Source of the DNA: Acidimicrobiia bacterium
GTDB lineage: Bacteria; Actinomycetota; Acidimicrobiia; Spongiisociales; ZC4RG35
Length of the DNA stretch: 28,216 bases
Assembly: GCA_025929005.1 (NCBI GenBank)
Contig: JAICND010000001.1
Coordinates: 1 to 28,216, forward strand
Direction of reading: 5' to 3'
The notes under the pieces were generated by a model, which saw only the letters and a program-made list of their open reading frames with translations, was not told where the DNA came from and made no database searches. Made by a program: the position numbers and the translations under genes. The stretch's first letter is position 1, and every line of letters begins with the position of its first letter. Below are positions 17,606-26,672 of the stretch, one piece after another.

Positions 17606-18352
17606 ATGACCACGGACGCCGAGATGAGAGAGCAGGTACGGGAGCGCTACGCCCAAGCCGCCACGACCGGGTCGTGCTGCGGCCCGGATTGTTGCGGTCA
17701 CGACGAGACCCTGGATGCCGACCTGACTGCGGGGACCTATAGCCGGACCGAGATGTCGACACTTCCGGCCAAGGCCGTCGAGGTCAGCCTCGGCTGTGGG
17801 AATCCAACGGCAGTGGCCGAGCTGGCCGAGGGAGAGACGGTTCTCGACCTGGGCTCAGGTGGAGGCATCGACGTTCTCCTCTCCGCCGGCCGGGTGGGCC
17901 CAACCGGGTTCGTCTACGGGCTTGACATGACCGACGAGATGCTCGAGCTCGCCGAGAAGAACGCCGCTGACGCTGGGGTCACCAACGTCGAGTTCCTCAA
18001 GGGGTACATCGAGGACATCCCCCTATCCGACGGCTCCGTCGACGTCGTCATATCGAACTGCGTCATCAATCTCTCCACGGACAAACCCACAGTCTTCGCC
18101 GAGATCCACCGCGTTCTGCGAGCTGGAGGAAGGATCGGGATCAGCGACATCGTCGCCGACGACTCACTCACAATCGACGAGCGGGCCGAGCGTGGATCCT
18201 GGGTCGGCTGCATCGCCGGCGCACTTTCCTACAGCGAGTATCGGGACCTGCTTAGGGCGGCGGGATTCGCCGACATCACCCTCACCACCAGCCACGAGGC
18301 CACGGACGGCATGGACTCGGTCATCATCAAGGCTCGCAAGCCGGCTGCGTAA
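17606..18352 (+). CDS. arsM: Arsenite S-adenosylmethionine methyltransferase
   Basis: N-terminal SCCGPDCC; SLGCGNP; SAM motif [11 protein letters not shown]; GLDMTDEML; [12 protein letters not shown]; WVGCIAGAL. Confidence 0.92.
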   Translation: MTTDAEMREQVRERYAQAATTGSCCGPDCCGHDETLDADLTAGTYSRTEMSTLPAKAVEVSLGCGNPTAVAELAEGETVLDLGSGGGIDVLLSAGRVGPTGFVYGLDMTDEMLELAEKNAADAGVTNVEFLKGYIEDIPLSDGSVDVVISNCVINLSTDKPTVFAEIHRVLRAGGRIGISDIVADDSLTIDERAERGSWVGCIAGALSYSEYRDLLRAAGFADITLTTSHEATDGMDSVIIKARKPAA

Positions 18353-18497
18353 AGCCGGAGTTAGGGTCACGTTGATGAGCCACGGCCGCCGACATGTCAG
18401 ACGGACACGGCTACCCGGCTACACCCATTGCGACTCCGAGGACCCGGCGAGTCACCTCACCTCCTGACCGGTCCTTCTCACTGTCCAAGGAGCTCCA

Positions 18498-19400
18498 GTG
18501 CTGACCCTTAATCGACATCGCACCGCGCCTGTCCTCATCGGCGCCGCCGCCTCGTGGGGCATCGCCACGGTGATCACCAAACACGCCCTCGGCGAGATCC
18601 CGCCGATCACGCTGCTTCCGATCCAGCTCGCGGCCAGCGTCCTACTGGTGACACCCTTCCTGTTGCTTCGTCAACGAGAGCCTCCGCGAACCGAACGGCT
18701 CGGGAAGCTAACCGCGCTCGGGGTCCTCAACCCCGGCATCTCATACGCGCTCGGCCTACTCGGGCTCGTCTTCATAACGGCGAGCGAGTCGGTGCTGCTG
18801 TGGGCCACCGAGCCGATCATGATCATGGCCCTCGCCGCGGTGATGCTCCGGGAACAGATCACCAGGGCACAGGTGATCGCCGCCGGCGTCGCCAGCGCCG
18901 GAGTCGCCCTCATCGTCATCACACCAGACCGCAGCAACCGACCGATCGGCATCGCCCTTACCCTCGCCGCTGTCGCGGCCTGTGCCATCTACACGGTCCT
19001 CTCGAGGAGATGGATGATCGACGAGTCGTCACTGCGGGTCGTGATCTACCAGCAGACCGCAGCCCTCGCCTTTGCGTTGATCCTGCTCTCAGCAGTGGTG
19101 CTAGCCGGTGGCATCCCAAGGCTTTCCGGGATATCCGCAGGATCGTGGGTGAGCGCCATCGTCTCCGGCTGGCTCTACTACGGCATCGCATTCTGGTTGT
19201 ACCTGACCGGGCTCCAGCGCACCCCCGCTTCGGTGGCTGGCCAATACATCAACCTGATCCCTGTCTTTGGCATTGCCGCCAGCAGCCTGTTTCTAGACGA
19301 GCAACTCAGTGCCCGACAATGGGTCGGCGCCGTCATAATCGTTGGTGCCGTCACGGTCGCCGGGAAGAGCCTGGCGTTGGCCGGGGAGGTTCGATCCTGA
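18498..19400 (+). CDS. EamA/DMT-family transporter
   Basis: About 10 TM segments in two repeated halves; SWG, PI.I...A...LRE, and L.PVFG..A..LFL.E.LS..QW.G. Confidence 0.9.
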   Translation: MLTLNRHRTAPVLIGAAASWGIATVITKHALGEIPPITLLPIQLAASVLLVTPFLLLRQREPPRTERLGKLTALGVLNPGISYALGLLGLVFITASESVLLWATEPIMIMALAAVMLREQITRAQVIAAGVASAGVALIVITPDRSNRPIGIALTLAAVAACAIYTVLSRRWMIDESSLRVVIYQQTAALAFALILLSAVVLAGGIPRLSGISAGSWVSAIVSGWLYYGIAFWLYLTGLQRTPASVAGQYINLIPVFGIAASSLFLDEQLSARQWVGAVIIVGAVTVAGKSLALAGEVRS

Positions 19401-19561
19401 AGTCCGACCGACCAAGACCGCCATCGACGGGCGATAGGCACCATCGATCTCGCGGTCCTGAGATCTGGCGCGCATCCCACGCTCGGCGAAAGGCCGGCCG
19501 ACTTACCGGACCTCTCGCAGCAGAGGACGCCGGCGTAGCACGCACCCGGCGACGCCGCTGC

Positions 19562-20584
19562 TCATGGGACGAGGACGTCCCGGCCGATGACAGCACCCGC
19601 CAGCACCCGCTGTTGGAGCTCTTCGGCGTCATGAAGCGGGCGCACTTGGTCAATGATGGGGTGCACGAGGCCCTGGTCGGTCAGGCTCACGACCGTGGCC
19701 AGCTCGTCGACGGTGACATTGCGGGAGCCAAGGATCTCCCACTCGTTCCGGTAGACGAGTCCCGGGTCGATCGTCCAGGCATCGCCAGTGTGTGACCCCA
19801 CGATGACGAGGCGCCCACCCTTGGAAAGCGAGCCGAGGGAGGAGGAGAGCGTGGCGGGGCCGACTAGCTCCAGTACGCCGTCGACTCCCTTGCCTCCAGT
19901 CCATTCTCTAGCGACTTCGGCCAGGTCAACCAGAGTCGGGTCGATGGTGCGGTCGGCGCCTGCTGCGGCCATGGCGGCCGCCTTGGCCTCCCCCAGGTCG
20001 ACGCCCATCACCTGGGCACCGAGCAGCTTCCCCACCTGGATGGCGTGGAGCCCCACGCCCCCACCCGCCCCCGTGATGATCAGGTACTCCCCGGCGGTAA
20101 GTCGCATCCGTCGAGCCAGAGCGTGAAACGGAGTTCCCACCACGTTGGCGAGCAAGGATCCCTCCTCGTGACGGATACTCTCGGGGAGCGCGACCAGGCT
20201 GGAGGAGGGGAGGACGGTGTACTCGGCGTAGCCGCCCGGCACGTTGACCCCGACGTGCCCTCTGAAGTTCTCACAGATCGTCTCTCGGCCCCGTCGGCAC
20301 CAACGGCACCGGCCGCAGGTGAGGTAGAGGGAAGAGACCACCCGATCCCCGGCTCCCCACTCCTCGACTCCGGATCCCACCTCCGCCACCTCGCCTGATA
20401 TCTCGTGGCCGAGGATGAGCGGAAGGTTGGCCCGCTCCCGCACCTGCGCCCGGATGGCGGTGTCGAAGCGGTCAACGGCGCAGGCTCTCACTCGGACGAG
20501 CACCTCGCTCGGTGCCGGGCGAGGAATCGGGATCTCCGAGAGGACCAGGGGGCCACCGAACTCCTCCAACACCATGGCTCGCAT
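19562..20584 (-). CDS. Medium-chain (Zn-binding) alcohol dehydrogenase / MDR family protein
   Basis: MRAMVL, GHE motif, structural Zn site CGRCRWC-x7-C, and Rossmann TGAGGGVG. Alternative start ATG 20599. Confidence 0.9.
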   Translation of the reverse strand: MRAMVLEEFGGPLVLSEIPIPRPAPSEVLVRVRACAVDRFDTAIRAQVRERANLPLILGHEISGEVAEVGSGVEEWGAGDRVVSSLYLTCGRCRWCRRGRETICENFRGHVGVNVPGGYAEYTVLPSSSLVALPESIRHEEGSLLANVVGTPFHALARRMRLTAGEYLIITGAGGGVGLHAIQVGKLLGAQVMGVDLGEAKAAAMAAAGADRTIDPTLVDLAEVAREWTGGKGVDGVLELVGPATLSSSLGSLSKGGRLVIVGSHTGDAWTIDPGLVYRNEWEILGSRNVTVDELATVVSLTDQGLVHPIIDQVRPLHDAEELQQRVLAGAVIGRDVLVP

Positions 20585-20656
20585 AGTCGACTCAAGCATC
20601 CCAGGGACCTTAGACAAACGATTGCGCGAGCAGCCTGGCCAAATGGCTGAAGCTAA

Positions 20657-20917
20657 GCCATGTCCGAGCTGCGAGAACACGCCAGGGGGATCCACCCCAG
20701 CCATCCTCACCGAGGATGGGCTGGAGCGGGGCCGTTCATTCCCTGGCGGAACGAGTACCCATCCCCGTGACGGCCAAGGTTGATTGCATCGGCCGACTAG
20801 ATGCTCCTGTGGAGGCGACTGCCTACTTCGAGTGTCGGAAGACTGACCAACGGCTTCAAACACTCGGGAGCATCCCAATTACGGATGAGCTTGCACCGAG
20901 TCGGGAACGAACTGGTG
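20657..20917 (+). pseudogene. Frameshifted fragment of a NarX/NarQ-type (HisKA_3) histidine kinase
   Basis: Pieces recovered across frames: AMSELREHARGIHP / AILTEDGL / GAVHSLAERVPIPV...GRLDAPVEATAYF / LTNGFKHSGASQLRMSLHRVGNELV. The sequence stops before the G1 box. Confidence 0.7.
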
Positions 20918-20919
20918 CC

Positions 20920-21818
20920 CGTCAGACCTTCTACCGGTGGCGCCGCCGGTATGAAGGAAAGGGGTTGGGGGCTGAGGGACAAGTCGTCCCGACCTCACCA
21001 CTGCCCTATGAGACCAGCGGTGAGGTGGTTGGCCGGTCGAATCCCAGCGCCCGTTCAGCGCCCGCACCGAAGCGGGGTCGGCAGCCACGAGCAAGACCTG
21101 GTGGTATCAGCTTCGCCGGTGTCGGCTACCGGGTCGGCAACACCCACCGCCGGGAGCGGTCGAAGTCCGAGTCGTCGGTGACACAGTCGAGATCTCACAG
21201 AACGGAAAACTGCTCAGAGTCCAGGCGGGTTCACCACCGGCCGATGCGGAGCCGTCACTCGCTCACGATATCGCCATGGCGGTGGGCCACCTTCCACTCG
21301 CCTTCCTCGAGGCGATACACCTGCGTAGCCCGTAAGGTGTAGCTGCCCGCCTGACCGTCGATGGAGCACGAAGTGTGCTCAAGGCCGGCGGTGTAGGCCA
21401 TGTCGCCCACCACGTCGTACGCCTGCAGTTCGAACGTGTGCGACGTGCACTTGGAGAAGGTCCTCTCGAGGGAAGAGAAGAGTTCGTCGATCTCACGCTG
21501 TCCAAAGGCGTTACGCAACGCACCCAGGACACTCACTGGCTCGTTGCGAGACCAGAGAGCCCGGCGTCGGCTCGCGTCACCGTTGTGTAGGGCGAGCTCT
21601 GCTTCGTACAGCTCGGTCTTGACCCAGCGCAGGAAGTCTTCGTGGTCGGTCATGCCGTCAGCATGTTAAGGGTCAAACACGACCCCGACACGGGCACAGC
21701 GCCTTCGCCAACCCCCGGAGGCAAACCCGACCGCGTCAACGCTGCTAGCTAAACCCGCGGGGAGAGAGGGCGTTCAGGTGCCGGAGCCGAAGTGTCGTGC
21801 GGGTATCGAGAATTGACA
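20920..21818 (+). mobile_element. Degenerate, internally deleted IS481-family element (interrupted by an NTF2 gene)
   Basis: N-terminal HTH pieces RQTFYRWRRRYE / LRDKSSRPHHCP / YETSGEVVG; C-terminal pieces GISFAGVGYRVGN.HRRE / VEVRVVGDTVEISQNGKLLRV, resuming at 21672 with VKHDP..HSAFANP / GGKPDRVNAAS* (stop 21750-52). Probable right end ...GAATTGACA at 21818. No DDE core. Confidence 0.7.
21255..21653 (-). CDS. NTF2/SnoaL-like (DUF4440/YybH-type) protein
   Basis: ALHNGD...ALWS....VSVLG, GDMAYT.G.E and R.TQVYR.E.GEWKV.HRH.D. Confidence 0.86.
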   Translation of the reverse strand: MTDHEDFLRWVKTELYEAELALHNGDASRRRALWSRNEPVSVLGALRNAFGQREIDELFSSLERTFSKCTSHTFELQAYDVVGDMAYTAGLEHTSCSIDGQAGSYTLRATQVYRLEEGEWKVAHRHGDIVSE

Positions 21819-21878
21819 TCGGGCGGGCGGTCGAGCATCGCGCCGGATTAGCGCTCGTCCAGAGCGGTTTTCGCCTCG

Positions 21879-22097
21879 TTGCTCTTCGTCGGTGAAGCGC
21901 TCATCGGCGCCGGGCTACTCGGTAGTGGCCTGGTTCGCACCTGGGTCGCCTGGACCGTTATCGTCTGGAACGTCCTTTGGCTGGTGACCTTGGTCATTAT
22001 CTCCAGAGACGACATGTACTACCCCGGCCTGCATTACATCCCACTGGTTCTGATTGGCATCCCTCTGACTCGGCATAGTCAATCCTCGTCTCGGTGA
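21879..22097 (+). pseudogene. Probable 5'-truncated membrane-protein gene remnant
   Basis: Three hydrophobic segments (LFVGEALIGAGLLGSGLV, WVAWTVIVWNVLWLVTLVII, YYPGLHYIPLVLIGIPL); an in-frame stop lies just upstream, next to the IS481 right end. Confidence 0.45.
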
Positions 22098-22259
22098 AGC
22101 TCCTCACGAGAATCTCAGGCCAGTCATCTTCGGACGAGGAGAGGGATGTGATCAGCCGGCTCTTCTTGCATCAGTTCCTCAGGCGACCAGCTCGAGCAGC
22201 AGCGCCACAACGAGAACCCACCCAGTCGAAGCTTCATAACCCCTTCCGTTCCGTCGCCT

Positions 22260-23936
22260 TCAGGGGGTATCGATCTCGAGGGACTCCACGATGGGTGTCG
22301 CCTCCTGGGTCACCCGCTCGAAGTCGGTCTCCGGAGAGATGACCGCGATAGCCAGAACCTGGGCCGACTCGCCGGGGTAGTCGATCAGGTACAGGCGCGT
22401 CCGCCACTGAGCGAGCTGATCTGGTCCGAACCAGCCGGAACACGAGAGGGGGTTGTAGTCAACGTCCACGTCCAACTGCAGCCCGTCGAGACCCGCGATG
22501 CGCACCGGCACTGCCCCGGTGGTCTCGAAGTCGGGGTTGGCCATGATGCTCTGAGCCAGCGTCTCGGCATCGGCGGGCGCCGAGGCGTTCTCACAGTCCG
22601 CGCCGGCCGGTAGGGGATCGGTCCCGATCACGACGAACTCCTCTCGACCCGCCTGAAACCTCATGTGAGTGTCGGAAGCGTCGGAGGGGTCAACCAGTGC
22701 CCTTCTCCACGGGGGGGCCGTGGCGAAGGTCACCTCGTCATCGAGGATGATGTTCACGGATTGCCCGTTTTCGGTGCTCTGGAGTACGTCGTCGAAGTAT
22801 CCGTACACGAGGCCGAGGTTTCCATCACTGCGGACCACATGGAACAACTGCTCGACGACGTTCCCACCCTCGGCGAACAGCCTCACCCTGACCAGAATCC
22901 TTCCGGTCGGCCAGCGCGGGCCTTGCACCTGCTCGGTCTCGAAGCGCTCAAAGGGTGCGCCGCTGGTCGTGGCATACAGGAGCGGCACATCCTCGAAGAT
23001 CCACTCCTCTGGCTCGTGGAGCAGATACTGCTCGGCCCCTGCGCCGTCCACCCGGGCTTGCAGGAACCCCTCCAGGAGAGCTGCTAGTCCAGTGTCGGAT
23101 GGCGGGACGACCTGCTCGACCTGTCTCCCGGCCAAGAGGTCTGGGGTGAGGAGTTCCCCGAGAGTCTCAGGGGACTTGGGCTGGAGAGTCTCCCATCGAG
23201 TCACCACCCAGAGACCCGAAGGACCCCGAAGGCCGGGCTGGGACACACTGATACCCACCGTCTCGTAGCTGAACTCGTCGATCGTCGGCGCACACCGGCG
23301 GATCTCGGGTGGTACCTCCGCGTACACCCGGCTCAATGGGTTGGTCTCGCCGGGCGCACAACGGATGAAGACGACTTGCTCGTAGCGTCCCCCACCTTCG
23401 TCGATCCATCCATCGTTGTCTTCGCCGATCCATCCATCGAACGCACCGGCCTCCCAGGCCTCCCAGCCCAGCTCCTCCTCGATGAACCGGGCGAAAATCT
23501 CCGCTCCCCACGGATCGCCATTTTCGGCCAGCGTGGTGTCGAGCTGCCAGACGTAGTCGGCATCGCCGGCGTCGGCTCGCTCCTGGGCCTCACGCACCTC
23601 CTCCAAATTCGATTGGGGCCACATTGAGCCTGAGACTGGGGACTCGGGTTCCGGCGCGAGGATCGTTGTCGGGGTGGGCACGGTCGTTTGATCGACCACC
23701 TGGCCATCACTTCCCCGGAAGGCGTAATACATCCCACCCACGGCAAGAACAACGACGACGAACGCGGCCACCGCCCAACCGATCCCCCGTCCCAACCTCG
23801 TCTGCGGTGGCCGATTGCCAATCCCGACTGTGCCCGGAGGCACAATGGGGCTGGAAATCTCGTCGATACTGATCGGTCCAAACAGCTCATCCTGCAGTTG
23901 CCCGTAATCGGCGAGCTGTTGCTCCAAGCTGATCAT
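22260..23936 (-). CDS. Single-pass membrane protein coupled to an ECF sigma factor (putative anti-sigma / sensor)
   Basis: ATGA overlap with the sigma gene; short N-terminal cytoplasmic segment (LEQQLADY), TM helix WAVAAFVVVVLAVGGMYYAF, and a large acidic extracytoplasmic region. Confidence 0.8.
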   Translation of the reverse strand: MISLEQQLADYGQLQDELFGPISIDEISSPIVPPGTVGIGNRPPQTRLGRGIGWAVAAFVVVVLAVGGMYYAFRGSDGQVVDQTTVPTPTTILAPEPESPVSGSMWPQSNLEEVREAQERADAGDADYVWQLDTTLAENGDPWGAEIFARFIEEELGWEAWEAGAFDGWIGEDNDGWIDEGGGRYEQVVFIRCAPGETNPLSRVYAEVPPEIRRCAPTIDEFSYETVGISVSQPGLRGPSGLWVVTRWETLQPKSPETLGELLTPDLLAGRQVEQVVPPSDTGLAALLEGFLQARVDGAGAEQYLLHEPEEWIFEDVPLLYATTSGAPFERFETEQVQGPRWPTGRILVRVRLFAEGGNVVEQLFHVVRSDGNLGLVYGYFDDVLQSTENGQSVNIILDDEVTFATAPPWRRALVDPSDASDTHMRFQAGREEFVVIGTDPLPAGADCENASAPADAETLAQSIMANPDFETTGAVPVRIAGLDGLQLDVDVDYNPLSCSGWFGPDQLAQWRTRLYLIDYPGESAQVLAIAVISPETDFERVTQEATPIVESLEIDTP

Positions 23937-24400
23937 GGAACATCTCCAATCTTGGCTCTGAGAGATGCCATTCCCCTCTCCAAATGGTTCTGCACAGCCG
24001 TCTTGGAGATTCCCATCACCTCAGCGACCTCGCTCAGCGTCCACTGGAAACAGTGCACCAACACGACAGAGGTCCGCTGCCGTGTCGAGAGAGCCGCCAA
24101 TGCCTTGGGAAGAGCAGGCTCGACGTGGGGAGTGCGGTCGAACGGAACCTCGCTGAACACCACTGGCCGGGATCGACGGCGGCGACGGCTCCGGTTCCGG
24201 CCCATCACATACAAGTATCCGACCGGGTTCTCCATGCTCCGAAGGCGCTCCCAATGCTCCCACCCATAGGCGAGGACTTCTTGTGCGATTTCCCGGCCCG
24301 CCTCCCCACCACATGTCGCTATCAGTGCGTGCCGGAGCCGTGCTTCGTTGGCGACAACGAACTGGGTGAACGAATCGACCCCGGGCTTTTCGGTCACCAT
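23933..24400 (-). CDS. ECF (SigE-like) RNA polymerase sigma factor
   Basis: Region 2 FTQFVVANEARLRHAL...WEHWERLRSMENPVGYLY; region 4 LAALSTRQRTSVVLVH...LSEVAEVMGISKTAVQNHLERGMASLR. Start ATG 24400. Confidence 0.9.
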   Translation of the reverse strand: MVTEKPGVDSFTQFVVANEARLRHALIATCGGEAGREIAQEVLAYGWEHWERLRSMENPVGYLYVMGRNRSRRRRRSRPVVFSEVPFDRTPHVEPALPKALAALSTRQRTSVVLVHCFQWTLSEVAEVMGISKTAVQNHLERGMASLRAKIGDVP

Positions 24401-24595
24401 CGCTGTCCCTCGACTCTCACACCCCAATAAAGGCACGATACGGCCCAGCCGTACCACAAGACGAGGAAGTCCATCAGAACACCCCCGAAGAATCTGCAAA
24501 GGGAGGGCGACTCGCCGACCTAACCCGCCAGGGCACGTGGGGACCCGTCCCGCGCACCCAGAGGGAAGTTCTAGAGGGTCTGGCGACCCTGAGAT

Positions 24596-24988
24596 CTAAC
24601 CGATGAAAGCGTCTACGGCTTTCTGGTCGTTAGAGAGTGTCCAGTATTCGATGACTCGACCGGAATCGTCAAAGGTCATAGCGTCCGCCATGACCACGTC
24701 GAGCTTCCCGTCGTCGCTTTCCGCGGTCACATGGGTAAACGACATGAGATGTTCGTTTCCTTCGAGCAGGTCAATCGGAACGACATTCAACCGGTTTTGG
24801 GTAAGCGAGTGGAACCCGCGCAGCAGATCGAGGACCGCTGCCCGGCCGTGATAATCGCCGCTGACCGTGCTGGCGCCTGGCCAGTGCCAAATGACGTGGT
24901 CGGCCAGCAATAAGTCGCCGAACCCTTCGACATCTCCTTGGCTGACCAAGGCCATCGCCTCCGCCAGCCTGTCTGCTTTCTCACCCAT
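24596..24988 (-). CDS. NTF2/SnoaL-like protein
   Basis: GDVE....LLAD.VIWHWPG...VSGDYHGRAAV...FDDSGRVIEYW. Start ATG 24988. Confidence 0.85.
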   Translation of the reverse strand: MGEKADRLAEAMALVSQGDVEGFGDLLLADHVIWHWPGASTVSGDYHGRAAVLDLLRGFHSLTQNRLNVVPIDLLEGNEHLMSFTHVTAESDDGKLDVVMADAMTFDDSGRVIEYWTLSNDQKAVDAFIG

Positions 24989-24996
24989 CGTGTCTG

Positions 24997-25386
24997 CTAA
25001 CTCCAGAAGCGGTTGATGGAGTCCTGATCTGTGGCATGGGCCCAAAACTCCTTGATGCGGCCGTCATCGTCGAATTGAAATGCCTCGGCCATGGTGACGT
25101 TCAGATGCTGGTCGGCGCGGTCGCCGGTAACACGTAGGAAAGCGGCGCCTCTCTCGTCATTGGCGATCAACTCCAGGGGTTCGAGATGGAGTGTCCCTTT
25201 CGTCTCCTCGCCGACTTGCTCGAAGTACTCGATTATCGAGCTTGCACCCCGATAATCGCCGCTCAGGCGATGAGTCCCCCCAACATGCCAGACGGCATCG
25301 TCGGCTAAACACTCGCGTATTGCTGACACGTCTCTCGATGCATAAGCATCGAGGAATGCCTCCAAGCGCTCAACCTTCGTCTCCAT
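24997..25386 (-). CDS. NTF2/SnoaL-like protein
   Basis: RDVSAIRECLADDAVWHVGG.H.LSGDYRG...FQFDDDGRIKEFW; paralog of the downstream gene. Confidence 0.87.
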   Translation of the reverse strand: METKVERLEAFLDAYASRDVSAIRECLADDAVWHVGGTHRLSGDYRGASSIIEYFEQVGEETKGTLHLEPLELIANDERGAAFLRVTGDRADQHLNVTMAEAFQFDDDGRIKEFWAHATDQDSINRFWS

Positions 25387-25490
25387 GATCCACTCCTTTC
25401 TCCGGGTTCATATCGTTCTTTTGACGGACCATCCAATCCCTCTCGGGTCCGAGACCGTGACCGTCGAGCCAACCCCAGCCATCATGTGAG

Positions 25491-25812
25491 ATGACCAATG
25501 TCCGAACTGACAAGCGACGTTCTCAAGGTCCCGACGACCTGACCGACCGCAGCAATTCTGCAGTACCATACGCCCTGTCCCTCCTCCCGATCCGCGCCAC
25601 GGGCGGCATCATTGGGATTCCTGCCGCTCATTCTCATGATCGGCGAGGTGTTCTTGCTGAGGGGTGGTGTGCAGGTGAGCGGATCGATCAGCGCCTACTG
25701 CCACACCTCCATGCGCGACATGTTCGTGACCGGACTATGCGTGATCGGGTTCGGCGCTCCGCCTCCTCCTTGGTCCTGTGAATCTCCACACCTGACTGAG
25801 TCGGCATGGTGA
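25491..25812 (+). pseudogene. Frameshifted, truncated remnant of a conserved membrane protein
   Basis: Frame 1 ...IRATGGIIG shifts near 25617 to FLPLILMIGEVF...SISAYCHTSMRDMFVTGLCVIGF, resembling the SISAYY.T.MRD.FVG.L..IG membrane family (from recall); it breaks off near 25755. Confidence 0.5.
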
Positions 25813-25841
25813 AACGGGCCAACGGCTTCGATTGGTGATGA

Positions 25842-26672
25842 CTAGTCGAAGCGAATCGAGTCGACGATCTGCTGGATCTCCTCCCAGATATCGGGACTGG
25901 CGTCGGTGTGTGTCTCACCTGCGATGAAGAGGCGTGTCCCGTCCACGTCAACGATCCATACCTTGATGGTGTCGCCGGGATAGTTCCTGTCCCAGAGAGC
26001 ACCATCCATCTTTGCTCTCCAGTTGAAGAAGAATCCTGGATCACAGCCGACGTCTTCGCGAACGATCAGCTCGACGTGCTTTGCGGCGAGCCCCCCCACG
26101 ATGACGTCCGAGGGCCCCGACACCAGCTCGATGCCAGGCAGGTTCGCCACCGCGGAGGCTAGATCGGCGGCCGTGTAAGGGGCCGGCCAAATCGGGAGGC
26201 TGGCACATGCACTGGCATGGGCCCCTTCGGGATATTTCGACCAGAAGATGAGGGCTTCAGCACCTTGTGGCCCCTGAGTGCTCTTCGAGAGGTGAATGTC
26301 GCCGAACAGCTCCCATCCGGATGCGGTCACAGTGAATGAGAAGGGAACTCCGTCCACGGTCAACGAGCGCGTGCCGTACGCAAGGCCCCGCTCGGGGGGA
26401 AGATTCGTGTCCACCGTTGTCGAGGTCCCCACGATCTGCTCTCCATCCGGGACTGCTCGGTTGACGGCCAGGAAACCGACAGCCCCGACCAGGAGTATCG
26501 CCAGGGCTGCTCCCACCCCGTACAGCCAGCCGGGCAAGCTCCGGGAAAGGGTTCGGGGTCGAGCAGGCTCGAGGAGCGGAATGTCGGCTCCATGCTCGAA
26601 AATGTCCTCGACGGTGAGGCGTTCCACAACATGGTCGAGGTAGTCGCCCAGTTGAGTCCTGAGATCAGGCAT
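25842..26672 (-). CDS. Single-pass membrane protein coupled to an ECF sigma factor (putative anti-sigma / sensor)
   Basis: ATG 26672 overlaps the end of the sigma gene; N-terminal LRTQLGDY, TM LYGVGAALAILLVGAVGFLAV, and an extracytoplasmic domain with two Cys ending IVDSIRFD. Confidence 0.8.
   Translation of the reverse strand: MPDLRTQLGDYLDHVVERLTVEDIFEHGADIPLLEPARPRTLSRSLPGWLYGVGAALAILLVGAVGFLAVNRAVPDGEQIVGTSTTVDTNLPPERGLAYGTRSLTVDGVPFSFTVTASGWELFGDIHLSKSTQGPQGAEALIFWSKYPEGAHASACASLPIWPAPYTAADLASAVANLPGIELVSGPSDVIVGGLAAKHVELIVREDVGCDPGFFFNWRAKMDGALWDRNYPGDTIKVWIVDVDGTRLFIAGETHTDASPDIWEEIQQIVDSIRFD

Noticed and set aside
22179-22237. Minus-strand MKLRLG/VLVVALLLELVA* resembling a decayed lipoprotein signal peptide
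   Set aside because: It is too short and needs a frameshift, so it is not supportable.
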